64,000 bases of DNA from an uncultured delta proteobacterium (GTDB lineage Bacteria; Myxococcota; UBA727; VGSZ01), in NCBI GenBank assembly GCA_963775425.1, contig CAVZJB010000007.1:96001-160000 (forward strand). Reading direction: 5' to 3'. This document shows, piece after piece, positions 18,736 through 30,835 of the stretch. The translations under genes and the position numbers were made by a program. The stretch's first letter is position 1. The number at the start of each line of letters is the position of its first letter. The notes beneath the pieces were generated by a model, which had not been told where the DNA came from, made no database searches, and saw nothing but the letters and a program-made list of their open reading frames with translations.

Positions 18736-19514
18736 CAGGCGCCTTGCGCCGAGAAGCGCTTGAGCCCGCGCACCCAGACGATGCGATTGACGACGAAGAT
18801 CGCGATGAACCAGGCCCCGCACACGAGCGCGGCGCGGGGGATGTCGATGTCGGCGCCGCCGACCACGAGGCGCGCGGGGACCCAGATGAGGTAGGGGAAC
18901 GGCGTGAGCATCACGATGTCCTTCACGGCCGGCGGAAAGACGTCGAGGGGCGCCACGGCGCCCGAGAGGAACATGTAGACGATGAACATGAGGCTCTCGA
19001 CGTTGCTGGCGCGCTCCGTCCAGAAGCTCAAGAGCGCGAGCGTGTACTGCAGCATGAAGCGCAGCGCGAACGCGACGACGCAGAAGGCGCCGGCGATGAG
19101 CGCGCTCTTGTACCCGGGCACGAAGAACGCCGGCGGGTAGATGACGAAGAAGCCCACCACGATGAGCGCGGAGAACGGCAGGCGCGCGAGGCGCTCGCTG
19201 ACGTGGCTGGCGACGTAGCGCCAGGCGGGGTCGATGGGTGTCAGCAGGTAGTGCGCGAGCCGGCCTCGCTGCATGTCCTCCTCGACCTGCCAGATGACCC
19301 ACACCACCGTGAGCTGGCGGACGACGAAGACGGCGAGGAAGTAGCGCACGACGTCGAGCGGCTGCACGCTGAAGGAGCCGCGCGAGGTGGCCTCGTACCA
19401 GGCGCCCATGAGGATGAACGACAGCGAGTTGGCCAGCGCCCACAGGATGAGCTCGGCCCGGAACTCCACCATCATGGCGTAATAGACGCTGAGGATGACG
19501 CGCACGCGGTGCAT
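18735..19514 (-). CDS. ABC-2 type permease (DUF990-like)
   Basis: G.L..YLL.P, LSGAVAPL..FP, TPFPY, FSAQG end. Confidence 0.9.
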   Translation of the reverse strand: MHRVRVILSVYYAMMVEFRAELILWALANSLSFILMGAWYEATSRGSFSVQPLDVVRYFLAVFVVRQLTVVWVIWQVEEDMQRGRLAHYLLTPIDPAWRYVASHVSERLARLPFSALIVVGFFVIYPPAFFVPGYKSALIAGAFCVVAFALRFMLQYTLALLSFWTERASNVESLMFIVYMFLSGAVAPLDVFPPAVKDIVMLTPFPYLIWVPARLVVGGADIDIPRAALVCGAWFIAIFVVNRIVWVRGLKRFSAQGA

Positions 19515-20548
19515 CACGTCGCTCCCTTGAGCACCCGCCCGATGACCTCTTCGATGGGCGGGTCCTGGACCGCGAAGTCGACGACGTCGAGCTCGGCGAG
19601 CACGCGGTTCACGGTGGACACGAGCGCGTCCGGCTCGACCGCGATGCGGGCGGTGTGGCCGTCCTGCGCGAGCACCTCGCCGTAGGACGCGAGCTTGGCG
19701 GCGTCCGCGGGCGTGCGCATCTGGACGCGCACCTCGCGGCGCGGGGCGAGGCGGTGCAAGAGCGCGTCGAGGCCGCCGTCGTGCAACAGCGTGCCCTCGT
19801 GGATGACGAGGACGCGCGGGCAGAGGGCGACGATGTCCGCCATGTAATGGCTGGTCATCAGGATGGTGGCGCCTTTGGTCTCGTTGTAGCGGCGGAGGAA
19901 CGAGCGCACCGCCACCTGGGCGTTGATGTCGAGGCCGAGCGTGGGCTCATCGAGGAAGAGCACCTTGGGCTCGTGCAGCAGCGCGGCGAGCAGCTCGGCC
20001 TTCATGCGCTCGCCGAGGGAGAGCTTGCGCACGGGCTGGGTGAGCTTGCCCTCGAGCTCGAGCATCTCCGACAGCTCGGCCACGCGCGCCTTGGCGTCCG
20101 CGTCGGAGATGCCGTAGATGGCCGCGTTCATGCGAAGCGTGTCGGCGGCCGGCAGGTCCCACATGAGCTGCTGCTTGTTGCCCATCACGAGCGTGATGTT
20201 CTTCAAGAACGCCCGCTCGCGCCGAAACGGGGTGTGCCCGTCGACGACGGCGCTGCCGCCCGTGGGGTGCAGCAGGCCCGTGAGCATCTTGAGCGTGGTG
20301 GTCTTGCCCGCGCCGTTGGCGCCGAGGAAGCCGACGACCTCGCCGGGCGCGATGCGGAAGGAGACCCCCTTCACGGCCTCGATGGTCCGGTAGCGCCGCG
20401 CCACGAGGTGCCGCAGCGTGCCGGTGAAGCCGGGCTCCTTCTGCGCGACGCGAAAGCTCTTCTCGAGGTGATCGGCGACGACGATCGCCTCCCGCGCCTC
20501 CCGCGCCTCGCCCGCGCCCGCGCCCGCGCCCGCGCCGGTGTCCGTCAT
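19514..20548 (-). CDS. ABC transporter ATP-binding protein
   Basis: GANGAGKTT, LSLGERM, LFLDEPT, TSH. Confidence 0.95.
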   Translation of the reverse strand: MTDTGAGAGAGAGEAREAREAIVVADHLEKSFRVAQKEPGFTGTLRHLVARRYRTIEAVKGVSFRIAPGEVVGFLGANGAGKTTTLKMLTGLLHPTGGSAVVDGHTPFRRERAFLKNITLVMGNKQQLMWDLPAADTLRMNAAIYGISDADAKARVAELSEMLELEGKLTQPVRKLSLGERMKAELLAALLHEPKVLFLDEPTLGLDINAQVAVRSFLRRYNETKGATILMTSHYMADIVALCPRVLVIHEGTLLHDGGLDALLHRLAPRREVRVQMRTPADAAKLASYGEVLAQDGHTARIAVEPDALVSTVNRVLAELDVVDFAVQDPPIEEVIGRVLKGAT

Positions 20549-20684
20549 GCGGCGGACGCTGCCGCGTTGCCGTGTGCATGTCGAGCGGCGGCGCGCTAAC
20601 GTCGACGGCACGATGCGGTCGCGCGCGGACCCGCCCCTCCTGCACCGGCCCCCTGCGGCGGATGGCGTATGCGCCGCCGGCCCC

Positions 20685-21929
20685 ATGCTCGCCGTCTTCA
20701 CCGTGCTCACCGTCGTGGCCCTCGCGCCGGGCGCGTGCGACTGCGGCGCGCCCGTCGACGGGCCGCCGCCGCCCATCGGGGCCGGCACGCCCATCGGCCC
20801 GCCCGACGCCGGCGACATCTACGAGGTCGACGCGGGCCCCAAGGTCTGCGACGAGGACGCCTTCGAGGACAACGACGCCCGCGCCGACGCCGCGCCCGTG
20901 ACGGGCGCCGACCCCGTGGAGGGCCGCTGCTGCGGCGGCGACGACGACTGGTTCTCCGTCGAGAGCCACCCCGGCTGCGACGTCGACGCGCGCATGTCGG
21001 AGGGGGACGGCGGCGACGTCGACCTCCTGCTGTTCGACCCCGACGGGCAGCTCGTCGGCTCCTCGGGCACCGCGGCCGGCGACGAGGCCATCCACGTGCC
21101 GACACAGACGGACGGCGCGTACGCGCTGCGCCTGCGCTGCGGCAGCCGCGACGACGTCGCCTATCAGCTCACGCTCACCTCCACCTGCGCCGCGGACCTG
21201 GTCTGTCCCGCCGACGATCCCCTCGAGGACAACGACAGCGCCGCGCAGCCCGCCGGCCTCGACGAGGGCGTGACCACGCAGGGCATCCTGTGCGGCCCCG
21301 ACGAGGACTGGTTCCAGAGCCCGGTGTCCCTCGGCTGCATCGCCGACGCCCGCCTCGACTTCAGCGACGCCCAGGGCGACATCGACCTCGAGCTGTACGC
21401 CGGAGACGGCGTCACGCGCATCGCGACCTCGAACGGCACCGGCGACGAGGAGCGCCTGCTGAAGGTGGTCACCCAGGGTGGCATGCGCTACCGCGCGTTC
21501 CTGTTCAACGCGGCCGCCGACGAACAGAACACCTACCGCTTCATCGTGAAGCAGATCTGCTCGGGCGAGCTCGCCTGCCCGAGCGATGATCCCTTCGAGC
21601 CCAACGACGCCCGCGCCGACGCCGTGGCATTGTTCGCCGCGGACGACGAGGCCGTCGGCGTCATCTGCAACAACGACGACTTCTACAGCCTCGCCCCGCA
21701 GTCGGGTTGCACGGTGCACGCCACGCTGTCCCTGGTGTCGGCCGAGGGCGACCTCGACCTCGAGCTGCAGAAGGCGGACGGCAGCCGCATCGACATCTCG
21801 CAAGGCACGGGCGACACCGAGAGCATCGACTTCACCTCGCCCGACGGCGCCCGCGTGGTGTTGCGCGTGCTCGGCTTCAACGCCGCCAGCAACCACTACC
21901 GGCTGCACGTGTCGCAGGACTGCCCGTGA
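20685..21929 (+). CDS. Exported lipoprotein with three PPC-like (pre-peptidase C-terminal) repeats
   Basis: Signal ending ACDCG; three repeats of C..DD.(F/L)E.ND...A...G..C..D.D(W/F)...GD.DL.L. Confidence 0.8.
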   Translation: MLAVFTVLTVVALAPGACDCGAPVDGPPPPIGAGTPIGPPDAGDIYEVDAGPKVCDEDAFEDNDARADAAPVTGADPVEGRCCGGDDDWFSVESHPGCDVDARMSEGDGGDVDLLLFDPDGQLVGSSGTAAGDEAIHVPTQTDGAYALRLRCGSRDDVAYQLTLTSTCAADLVCPADDPLEDNDSAAQPAGLDEGVTTQGILCGPDEDWFQSPVSLGCIADARLDFSDAQGDIDLELYAGDGVTRIATSNGTGDEERLLKVVTQGGMRYRAFLFNAAADEQNTYRFIVKQICSGELACPSDDPFEPNDARADAVALFAADDEAVGVICNNDDFYSLAPQSGCTVHATLSLVSAEGDLDLELQKADGSRIDISQGTGDTESIDFTSPDGARVVLRVLGFNAASNHYRLHVSQDCP

Positions 21930-22792
21930 CGACGCCACCGCCCGTCGACGGCGTCGACAGCGTCGACGCTGTCCGCCGCGCCGCCGCCGCCATCGCTGCG
22001 GCCAAGGGGCTGCTCGTCACCGCCGGCGCCGGCATGGGCGTCGACTCCGGCCTCCCCGACTTCCGCGGCGACGCCGGCTTCTGGCGCGCGTACCCGCCGT
22101 ACGAAAAGCTCGGCCTCGCCTTCGAGGACCTCGCCAACCCGCGCTGGTTCAAGGACGACCCGGCCCTCGCGTGGGGCTTTTACGGCCACCGCCTGAACCT
22201 CTACCGGCGGACCGCGCCGCACGCGGGCTTCGCCGTCCTGCGGGACCTCGGCGCGCGCATGGAGCGGGGCGCGTTCGTGTTCACGTCCAACGTCGACGGC
22301 CAGTTCCACAAGGCGGGCTTTTCGCGCGTGTGCGAGGTGCACGGCGCCATCGAGACGTTCCAGTGCACGAGGCGGGGCTGCCGCGGGCTGTGGGACGCGC
22401 CGCCCGGGGACATCGACGTCGACGAGGCCACGCTGCGCGCGCGCGCGCCGCTGCCGAAGTGCCCGCGCTGCGGCGCGCTCGCGCGGCCGAACATCCTGAT
22501 GTTCGACGACTGGGGCTTCGACGAGACGCGCAGCGCAGCGCAGCAGGAGGCGCTGGCGGCGTGGCTCGAGCGCGCGCCGGAGCTGGTGATCGTCGAGTGC
22601 GGCGCGGGCACGGCGCTGCCGACGGTGCGCCGCTTCGGCGAGCAGCTCGTGAAGGCGGGCGCCGTGCTCGTGCGCATCAACGTCCGCGAGGCGGAGCCCG
22701 CGCCCCACGTCGAGCAGACGCGCCAGATCGGCCTCCCGCTCGGCGCGCGCGCGGCGCTCGAGCGGATCGCCGCGCACCTCGCCGCACCTTGA
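21926..22792 (+). CDS. Sir2-family NAD-dependent deacylase
   Basis: GAGMGVDSGLPDFRG, TSNVDG, EVHG, CPRCG.LARPNILMF, ECGAG. Confidence 0.92.
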   Translation: MTTPPPVDGVDSVDAVRRAAAAIAAAKGLLVTAGAGMGVDSGLPDFRGDAGFWRAYPPYEKLGLAFEDLANPRWFKDDPALAWGFYGHRLNLYRRTAPHAGFAVLRDLGARMERGAFVFTSNVDGQFHKAGFSRVCEVHGAIETFQCTRRGCRGLWDAPPGDIDVDEATLRARAPLPKCPRCGALARPNILMFDDWGFDETRSAAQQEALAAWLERAPELVIVECGAGTALPTVRRFGEQLVKAGAVLVRINVREAEPAPHVEQTRQIGLPLGARAALERIAAHLAAP

Positions 22793-22851
22793 CGCACCTC
22801 TCCCGGTCGGCGGGCCGAGGCGCGCCGCCTGTTGACGGGTAGAATGACGTG

Positions 22852-23535
22852 ATGGTTGCGGATCCGGCGGCGATCGCACTCGAGCTCGCGGAGGCGCGGG
22901 CGGCGCACGCCAGCCTCGCGAAGCAGGTGACGAGCCGCATGCGCGAGCTCGACGAGCAGTGGCGTCAAGCCAAGCCCGCCGATCGCCTGCTCGCCGTGCA
23001 GCGGCTCCTGCAGACGGGGGCGCTGTCGCAGGCGCACACGGAGCTGCTCGAGGCGAAGAACGAGCGCGTCCGCACGTTGATGGGCCGGGCGCGCACGGAT
23101 CGAAAGAAGCTCGATCAGCTCCAAAGAGAGGGAGCGGTCACGCACGAGCTGCAGCACAACCTGTTTCGCCTCGAGCTCGACGCGCAGCGCGCGGAGCAGG
23201 ACCGCGACGAGGCCATCGACCAGTGCGACCTGCGCGGCCCGCTCTACTTCTGCGGCGAGACCTTCGTGCGCAACGCGCCGTTCGCCGCGGGGCAGCTCCC
23301 GCTCAAGGAGATGGCGGCCAAGCTGCAGGGCCTGGAGCAGCAGATCGGCGACCTCGAGAAGCTCGATCGCAAGGGCGTCCGCTTCACCAAGACGCTCCCC
23401 GACGGACGCGAGGCCACGCTCATCCGCATGCTGCCCGCGCTCACGCAGGAGGGCGAGCCCGCCCTCGACAGCGTCACCGACGACGAGCTCCCGCCGCCGG
23501 CGCCGGGCTTCGACGACCCCACCACCGTCGGCTGA
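22852..23535 (+). CDS. Hypothetical coiled-coil protein
   Basis: Plausible codon usage, heptad-rich sequence, TAGAAT box just upstream. Confidence 0.7.
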   Translation: MVADPAAIALELAEARAAHASLAKQVTSRMRELDEQWRQAKPADRLLAVQRLLQTGALSQAHTELLEAKNERVRTLMGRARTDRKKLDQLQREGAVTHELQHNLFRLELDAQRAEQDRDEAIDQCDLRGPLYFCGETFVRNAPFAAGQLPLKEMAAKLQGLEQQIGDLEKLDRKGVRFTKTLPDGREATLIRMLPALTQEGEPALDSVTDDELPPPAPGFDDPTTVG

Positions 23536-23563
23536 CCCTCGTCGTGCTCGGGACCGCCCGTGG

Positions 23564-24697
23564 TCACAGCGTCTCGAGGAACGCCGCGAGGGCCGCGCGC
23601 GCCGGGTCCTCGTCCTCGTCCCACCAGCTCAATTCGACGCCCGCGCCGTCGTCGAGGCGGCGCACCACGGTGGCCGCGGCGACGAGCCGCCCGCGGCCGG
23701 GCAGCGCGAAGGCGAGCTCGAGGACGGCGCCGGGCGGCGGCGGCGTGCGCCCGTCGGCGAACGACAGGAACGCGCCGCCGAGGCTGAGGTTGCGCGTGAC
23801 GCCGTGGGCCGTCGCGCGCCCGCCGCCCCACGCCACCTCGACGGGGACCTCGGCGTCCTTGCGCGGGTGCTTGCGCTCCGCGTGGTACGGCGGCTGAAGC
23901 TCGTCGACGACGGCGACCGGCTCGCCGCTCGGCCGGGTCATCTCGAAGAGCTGCCGCGCCTGCGGCGCGAGGAAGCCGTCGAAGCCGCGGTGGCGCTCGG
24001 CGATCTCGAAGTAGGCGTACGGCATGGTGCGCACCGAGCCGTCGTCGAGGATCACCGGGCACAGCGCCGCGTGCGTGGCGGTCTGCCGCAGGTCCCCGCC
24101 CGGCGCGCCCTCGATGTCCCGCTTCATCGGCACGCCGGCCTGCAGGAGCTTGAGCTGCCACAGCTCCACGTCGTCGACGGCGGCGGTGAAGTGGTTGACC
24201 TTCCGACCGAACGCCAGCAGCCACGCGCCGTACTGCGAGCTCTTCGCCAGCAGATCGACCCTGGCGCCGGAGACCGCGCGCGGGGCGCAGAACCACGCCG
24301 CGAGCGCGTCGATGTCGTCGGGGGCGGGCTCGACGACGGCGGCGTCGGCGAGCGCGCGGCGCGCGTCCTGCGGCAGGTGCTCGCTCAAAAGCTCGCTGAT
24401 GAACACGCGCGGAAAACCGTCGCGCTTGAGATACACGGCGCGCAGGTGGACGTCGGCGAAGTCGTAGCTGCCGCCGAGGGACCAGCCTTGCCGCTCGAAC
24501 ACCGTGGCGAAGCCGGCGATGCCCGGGCCCGGCGCCGCCAGCGTGCGCAGCGCGATGTGGTCGTTGTGCACCGGGCCTTCGTGCAGCCGGGCGAAGCGCG
24601 CGGCCCACGGGACGTCGACGACGTAGCGCGCCCACAGCCGATCGAGCAGCGGGTGGCTCGGCAGCGGCGCCGGCGCCGCACGCGCGAAGATGCTCAC
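23564..24697 (-). CDS. DUF1338 (HglS-like 2-oxoadipate dioxygenase/decarboxylase) fused to C-terminal PilZ domain
   Basis: NDHIALRT, PRVFISEL, SQYGAW, NHFT, LRQTA, EIAER, FDGF; then RKHPR and NLSLGG PilZ motifs. Confidence 0.85.
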   Translation of the reverse strand: MSIFARAAPAPLPSHPLLDRLWARYVVDVPWAARFARLHEGPVHNDHIALRTLAAPGPGIAGFATVFERQGWSLGGSYDFADVHLRAVYLKRDGFPRVFISELLSEHLPQDARRALADAAVVEPAPDDIDALAAWFCAPRAVSGARVDLLAKSSQYGAWLLAFGRKVNHFTAAVDDVELWQLKLLQAGVPMKRDIEGAPGGDLRQTATHAALCPVILDDGSVRTMPYAYFEIAERHRGFDGFLAPQARQLFEMTRPSGEPVAVVDELQPPYHAERKHPRKDAEVPVEVAWGGGRATAHGVTRNLSLGGAFLSFADGRTPPPPGAVLELAFALPGRGRLVAAATVVRRLDDGAGVELSWWDEDEDPARAALAAFLETL

Positions 24698-24794
24698 CTT
24701 CGCCCTCCCTCCCGGGGCGCGCACCCGGTCACGGCGGCGCACCGCAGTGCGCCTGCCACGGCGGGACACAGGCCCCCGCGGCGCGCGTGGCGTC

Positions 24795-26336
24795 TCACGC
24801 GTGCTCCTCGTCGACGTCGAATTGCACGCCTTGGGCGAGCGGCAGCGCGTCGGAGTAGTTCACGGTGCACGTCTGCCGGCGCATGTAGCTCTTCCACGCA
24901 TCGCTGCCCGCCTCGCGCCCGCCGCCGGTCTCCTTCTCGCCGCCGAACGCGCCGCCAATCTCGGCGCCCGACGTTCCGACGTTGACGTTGGCGATGCCGC
25001 AGTCGCTGCCCGCCGCCGACAAGAAGCGCTCCGCGTCCTTCATGCTCGCCGTGAAGATGGACGAGGAGAGCCCCTGCGGCACCTCGTTGTTCACGGCCAC
25101 CGCCTCCTCGAGCGACGACACCTCGATGACGTGGAGGATGGGCGCGAACACCTCCTCCTTCACGAGCGCCATGTCGCGCCGCGAGCGCACGAGCGCCGGC
25201 TCCACGTACGCGCCGCCGAGCGCGCGGCCGCCGAAGAGCACCTCGGCTCCCTCGGCCTTCGCCCGCTCGAGCGCGCGCATCATCATGGCGACGGCGTCCT
25301 CGTCGACGAGCGGGCCCATGAGCACGCCGTCCTCGAGCGGGTGGCCCACCTTCACCTGCGCGTACGCCTTGGACAGCCGCGCCGTCAGCGCCGCGGCGAC
25401 GTCCTTGTGCGCGAGCACGCGGCGCGTGGAGGTGCAGCGCTGCCCCGTGGTGCCGACGGCGCCGAAGGTGATGGCGCGGGTGGCGAGGGCGAGGTCGGCG
25501 TCGGGCATGACGACGACGGCGTTGTTGCCGCCGAGCTCGAGGAGCACGCGGCCGAAGCGCGCGTGCACGCGCTCCTGCACCGCGCGCCCCATGCGCGTGC
25601 TGCCCGTGGCCGACACGAGCGGGAAGCGGGCGTCGTCGGTGAGGGCGCGGCCGACGACGTCGTCGGCGCCGGCGACGAAGGCGAACGCGTCGGGCACGCC
25701 GAAGCGCGCGAGCACCGGCTGCGCGATGTTCATGCAGGCCGCGGCGGTGAGCGGCGCCTTCAACGAAGGCTTCCACAACACCGGGTCGCCGCACGCGAGC
25801 GCGACGAGCGCGTTCCACGACCACACCGCCGCGGGGAAGTTGAACGCGGTGATCACGCCGACGGGCCCGAGCGGGTGCCACTGCTCGAGCAGCCGGTGGC
25901 CGGGGCGCTCCGAGGGCAGCGTGCGCCCGCCCACCATGCGCGACAGGCCGCAGGCGTAGTCGGCGAGATCGACGACCTCCTGCACCTCGCCCTGCCCCTC
26001 GCTCTTGATCTTGCCGGTCTCGAGGGAGATGAGCGCGCCGAGCGGCTCCTTCTTGTCGCGGAAGGCGTCGCCGAGGGTCCGGCAGATCTCTCCGCGGCGC
26101 GGCGCAGGCATCTCTCTCAGCGTCGCGAACGCCGCCGCGGTGCGCGACGCCACCGCGTCGTAGTCCTCGCGCGTGGCGAGCCTCACGCGCGCGAGCACCT
26201 CGCCGGTGGCGGAGGTGCGCTTGTCGATGACGGCTCCGTGCGTGGGGAGCGAGGCGCCGTTGACGACGTCGGCGCCCGCGTCCACGAGGCCGAGCGCGGC
26301 GAGGACGTCCCGGGGGGTGGGCGAAGCGAGTGTCAT
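24795..26336 (-). CDS. Aldehyde dehydrogenase family 7 (aminoadipate-semialdehyde / P6C dehydrogenase-like)
   Basis: PAPRRGE, SERPGH, ITAFNFP.AVWSWN, LELGGNN, GQRCT, GTSGAEIGGAFGGEKETGGGRE. Confidence 0.93.
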   Translation of the reverse strand: MTLASPTPRDVLAALGLVDAGADVVNGASLPTHGAVIDKRTSATGEVLARVRLATREDYDAVASRTAAAFATLREMPAPRRGEICRTLGDAFRDKKEPLGALISLETGKIKSEGQGEVQEVVDLADYACGLSRMVGGRTLPSERPGHRLLEQWHPLGPVGVITAFNFPAAVWSWNALVALACGDPVLWKPSLKAPLTAAACMNIAQPVLARFGVPDAFAFVAGADDVVGRALTDDARFPLVSATGSTRMGRAVQERVHARFGRVLLELGGNNAVVVMPDADLALATRAITFGAVGTTGQRCTSTRRVLAHKDVAAALTARLSKAYAQVKVGHPLEDGVLMGPLVDEDAVAMMMRALERAKAEGAEVLFGGRALGGAYVEPALVRSRRDMALVKEEVFAPILHVIEVSSLEEAVAVNNEVPQGLSSSIFTASMKDAERFLSAAGSDCGIANVNVGTSGAEIGGAFGGEKETGGGREAGSDAWKSYMRRQTCTVNYSDALPLAQGVQFDVDEEHA

Positions 26337-26391
26337 GTCGGCGCGAGGCTACAGTGGGCCGGCCGGTCACGCCATGGTATCCACGACGTCG

Positions 26392-27348
26392 ATGAGCGAA
26401 TCCGGGCACGGCATCGGCCACATCATCCAGAGCCTCGCGGTGAACGTCGTCATCGCGCTCGCCAAGTTCGGCGCCGCCTTCTTCACGGGCTCGGGCGCGA
26501 TGCTGGCGGAGGCCATCCACTCCTTCGCCGACTGCGGCAACCAGGTGCTGCTCCTCGTCGGCGTGAAGCAGGCCAAGAAGCCTCCCGACGCCAAGCACCC
26601 GCTCGGCTACGGCAGGAGCGTCTACTTCTGGTCCTTCATGGTGGCGCTCCTGTTGTTCACGGGCGGCGGCGTGTTCTCCATCTACGAGGGCGCGCACAAG
26701 CTGCGCCACCCGGAGCCCGTCGATCACATCGGCTGGGCCATCGCCATCCTCGCGTTCTCGCTCTGCCTCGAGGGCTGGTCGACCTGGGGCAACATCAAGG
26801 ACATGAACAAGCGCCGGGGCAGCGTGGGCTTCCTTCGCTACCTGCAGGACACCAAGGACAGCGACCTCATCGTCGTGTTCGGGGAGAACGCCGCCGCGGT
26901 GCTCGGGTTGTTCTTCGCGCTCGCCGCGGTGGGCGCCTACGAGATCACCAAGGAGCAGCGCGCCGACGCGCTCGGCTCCCTCGCCGTCGGCGTCGTGCTC
27001 GTCGCCGTGGCCATCTTCCTGGCGAGCAAGGTGAAGTCGCTGCTCGTCGGTGAGAGCGCCGATCCGGAGATCGGCCAGGCCGCGCAGGACCTCGCCATCG
27101 AGGACCCGCGCATCGAGACCGTCATCAACTGCATCACCATGCAGCAGGGCCCGGGCGAGGTGCTCGTCGCGGTGAAGATCAAGTGCGAGCCCAACCTTAC
27201 GGCTCGCGACGTCAGCGCGCTGATCAACGACTTCGAGGCGCGCCTGCGTTCGCGGCGCCCCGAGTGCAAGTGGGTGTACGTCGAGCCCGATCTGCAGGAG
27301 TGGAAGGAGCGGGTGCCGCCGGGCTCCGCGACGGCCGCCACGGGGTGA
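26392..27348 (+). CDS. Cation diffusion facilitator family transporter
   Basis: AEAIHSFAD, HPLGYG, SLLVGE and C-terminal cytosolic domain. Confidence 0.9.
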   Translation: MSESGHGIGHIIQSLAVNVVIALAKFGAAFFTGSGAMLAEAIHSFADCGNQVLLLVGVKQAKKPPDAKHPLGYGRSVYFWSFMVALLLFTGGGVFSIYEGAHKLRHPEPVDHIGWAIAILAFSLCLEGWSTWGNIKDMNKRRGSVGFLRYLQDTKDSDLIVVFGENAAAVLGLFFALAAVGAYEITKEQRADALGSLAVGVVLVAVAIFLASKVKSLLVGESADPEIGQAAQDLAIEDPRIETVINCITMQQGPGEVLVAVKIKCEPNLTARDVSALINDFEARLRSRRPECKWVYVEPDLQEWKERVPPGSATAATG

Positions 27349-27395
27349 GCGCCCGCGGCGCGCCTGTGAGCAGCGCGCCGCGGGTCAGCCGCGGC

Positions 27396-27785
27396 TCACC
27401 AGCCGTGCTTCTTGGCCGGCTTGCCGGCGCCGGCGCCACCGCCGCCCCCACCACCGCTGCCGTCGCCGGCGCCCATGGCGCCCGCGCCTGCGGCCGCGCC
27501 TGCGCCTCCTGCGGCGGCCGCGGCGGCGTCCGCGCCGGCGGCGGCGGCGGCACCGGCGGCACCGGCGGCAGCGCCGGCAGCGTCACCGGCGGCGCCGGCG
27601 GCGTCCTTCGCGGCGTCGGCGGCCTTGGCGGCGGCGTCGCCGGCCTTGGCGGCGGCGTCGCCGGCGGCCTTGGCGGCGTCGTCCGCGGCCTTCATGGCGT
27701 CGCCGGTGTCGGCGGTCTTCTTGTCGTCAGGGCAGCCGACCGCGAAGAGGGTCAGAGCGGACACGGCGAGAGCGAGGCGAAGCAT
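27396..27785 (-). CDS. Ala/Gly-rich low-complexity lipoprotein
   Basis: GGAGG RBS; lipobox AVGC; AAKAAGD repeats; ends KPAKKHGW. Confidence 0.7.
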   Translation of the reverse strand: MLRLALAVSALTLFAVGCPDDKKTADTGDAMKAADDAAKAAGDAAAKAGDAAAKAADAAKDAAGAAGDAAGAAAGAAGAAAAAGADAAAAAAGGAGAAAGAGAMGAGDGSGGGGGGGAGAGKPAKKHGW

Positions 27786-27834
27786 GCAGTCCTCCGTTCG
27801 GGGGAGTTTTTCCCCGGGGGCGGCCGAGTGTATT

Positions 27835-27852
27835 GCCGGATCCGGATCCGGC
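27835..27852. promoter_or_regulatory. Perfect 18-bp palindrome in divergent intergenic region
   Basis: GCCGGATCCGGATCCGGC equals its own reverse complement; regulatory role is only inferred. Confidence 0.4.
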
Positions 27853-27877
27853 GCAAAATTGCCCCACCCCCCCGCGG

Positions 27878-29905
<2,028 letters not shown>

Positions 29906-29983
29906 CGCCGCCCGCGTCGTCGTCGTCGCCCGCGCGGGCCGCCGACCTCGCGCGCGTCCGCCGCATGCTACTGTCGTGTCTGC

Positions 29984-30835
29984 ATGACGACGATGCGACC
30001 CGCCGCACGCCGACTCCGGTGGATGCTCGCCGCCGGCGGGCTCGCCGGGTGCGCGCCGTCCCCCGAGCCGTCCTCCGAGCCGTCCTCCGAGGCGTCCGAG
30101 CCGGGGGCGCTGCCGGTGCTCGACGCGACGCCGGACGCGCCTGCCCCGTCTTGCGGCCCTTCCGTCGCCGGGGAGGCCGAAGACATCGGCACGCGCTGCG
30201 CCGGCAGCGCGCTCGACGAGCCCCTGTACGCGCTGCCCGTCGGAGACATTCATGCCGTCGGCGCCGGGCTTCCGGAGGGCACGGCGCTCGTCCCCGGGGC
30301 CGACGGCGTCGTCAGGCTCACGGGCACGGTGCCTCCGAGCGACAAGTTCCTCGACGCGTCCTTCGACGTCCGCGTGGACGCCGTCGCCGACGGCTGCGTC
30401 GAGAGCGCCGTCTTCTCCGTCGGCTTCGTCATCGACCCGTGCGACGGCGGCGACGGCAGTTGCGGCCCCTTCGCGCGCGCCGTCCCCGTCGGCGGTTTCT
30501 GCCTGCCGGATCACATCGACGCGGATACGCCGTTTGCCGTGGCCACCATCGCGGACGCCTGCCTCAGCTCCACCGCCACCGAGGTGCGCCCCGCGCTCTG
30601 CGACGTCCGGGTCCAGGGCCGCCACGTCACCGTCGACGGCGACGCCTGCGTCCGCGCGCGCAACGTCGATGCGTTCACGCAGGACTGCGGCGGCGGCGAC
30701 GGCGCGCCGTGCGAGGTGCCCGCGCTCCCCGCGGGCACCTACGACTTCGAGGCGGACGGCCGCGTGCTGCCCGTCACGGTCCCGTCGTCGACCACGGGCG
30801 GCGCGCGGTGCCTGTTCTGGGACGGACACCCGTGA
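29984..30835 (+). CDS. Cys-rich lipoprotein
   Basis: Lipobox LAGC; several Cys; overlaps the kinase start. Confidence 0.7.
   Translation: MTTMRPAARRLRWMLAAGGLAGCAPSPEPSSEPSSEASEPGALPVLDATPDAPAPSCGPSVAGEAEDIGTRCAGSALDEPLYALPVGDIHAVGAGLPEGTALVPGADGVVRLTGTVPPSDKFLDASFDVRVDAVADGCVESAVFSVGFVIDPCDGGDGSCGPFARAVPVGGFCLPDHIDADTPFAVATIADACLSSTATEVRPALCDVRVQGRHVTVDGDACVRARNVDAFTQDCGGGDGAPCEVPALPAGTYDFEADGRVLPVTVPSSTTGGARCLFWDGHP

Noticed and set aside
21926-22792. Sir2 protein as anti-phage defence (Thoeris/DSR)
   Set aside because: It has the zinc-binding module and size of a stand-alone sirtuin deacylase, and no defence partners are adjacent.
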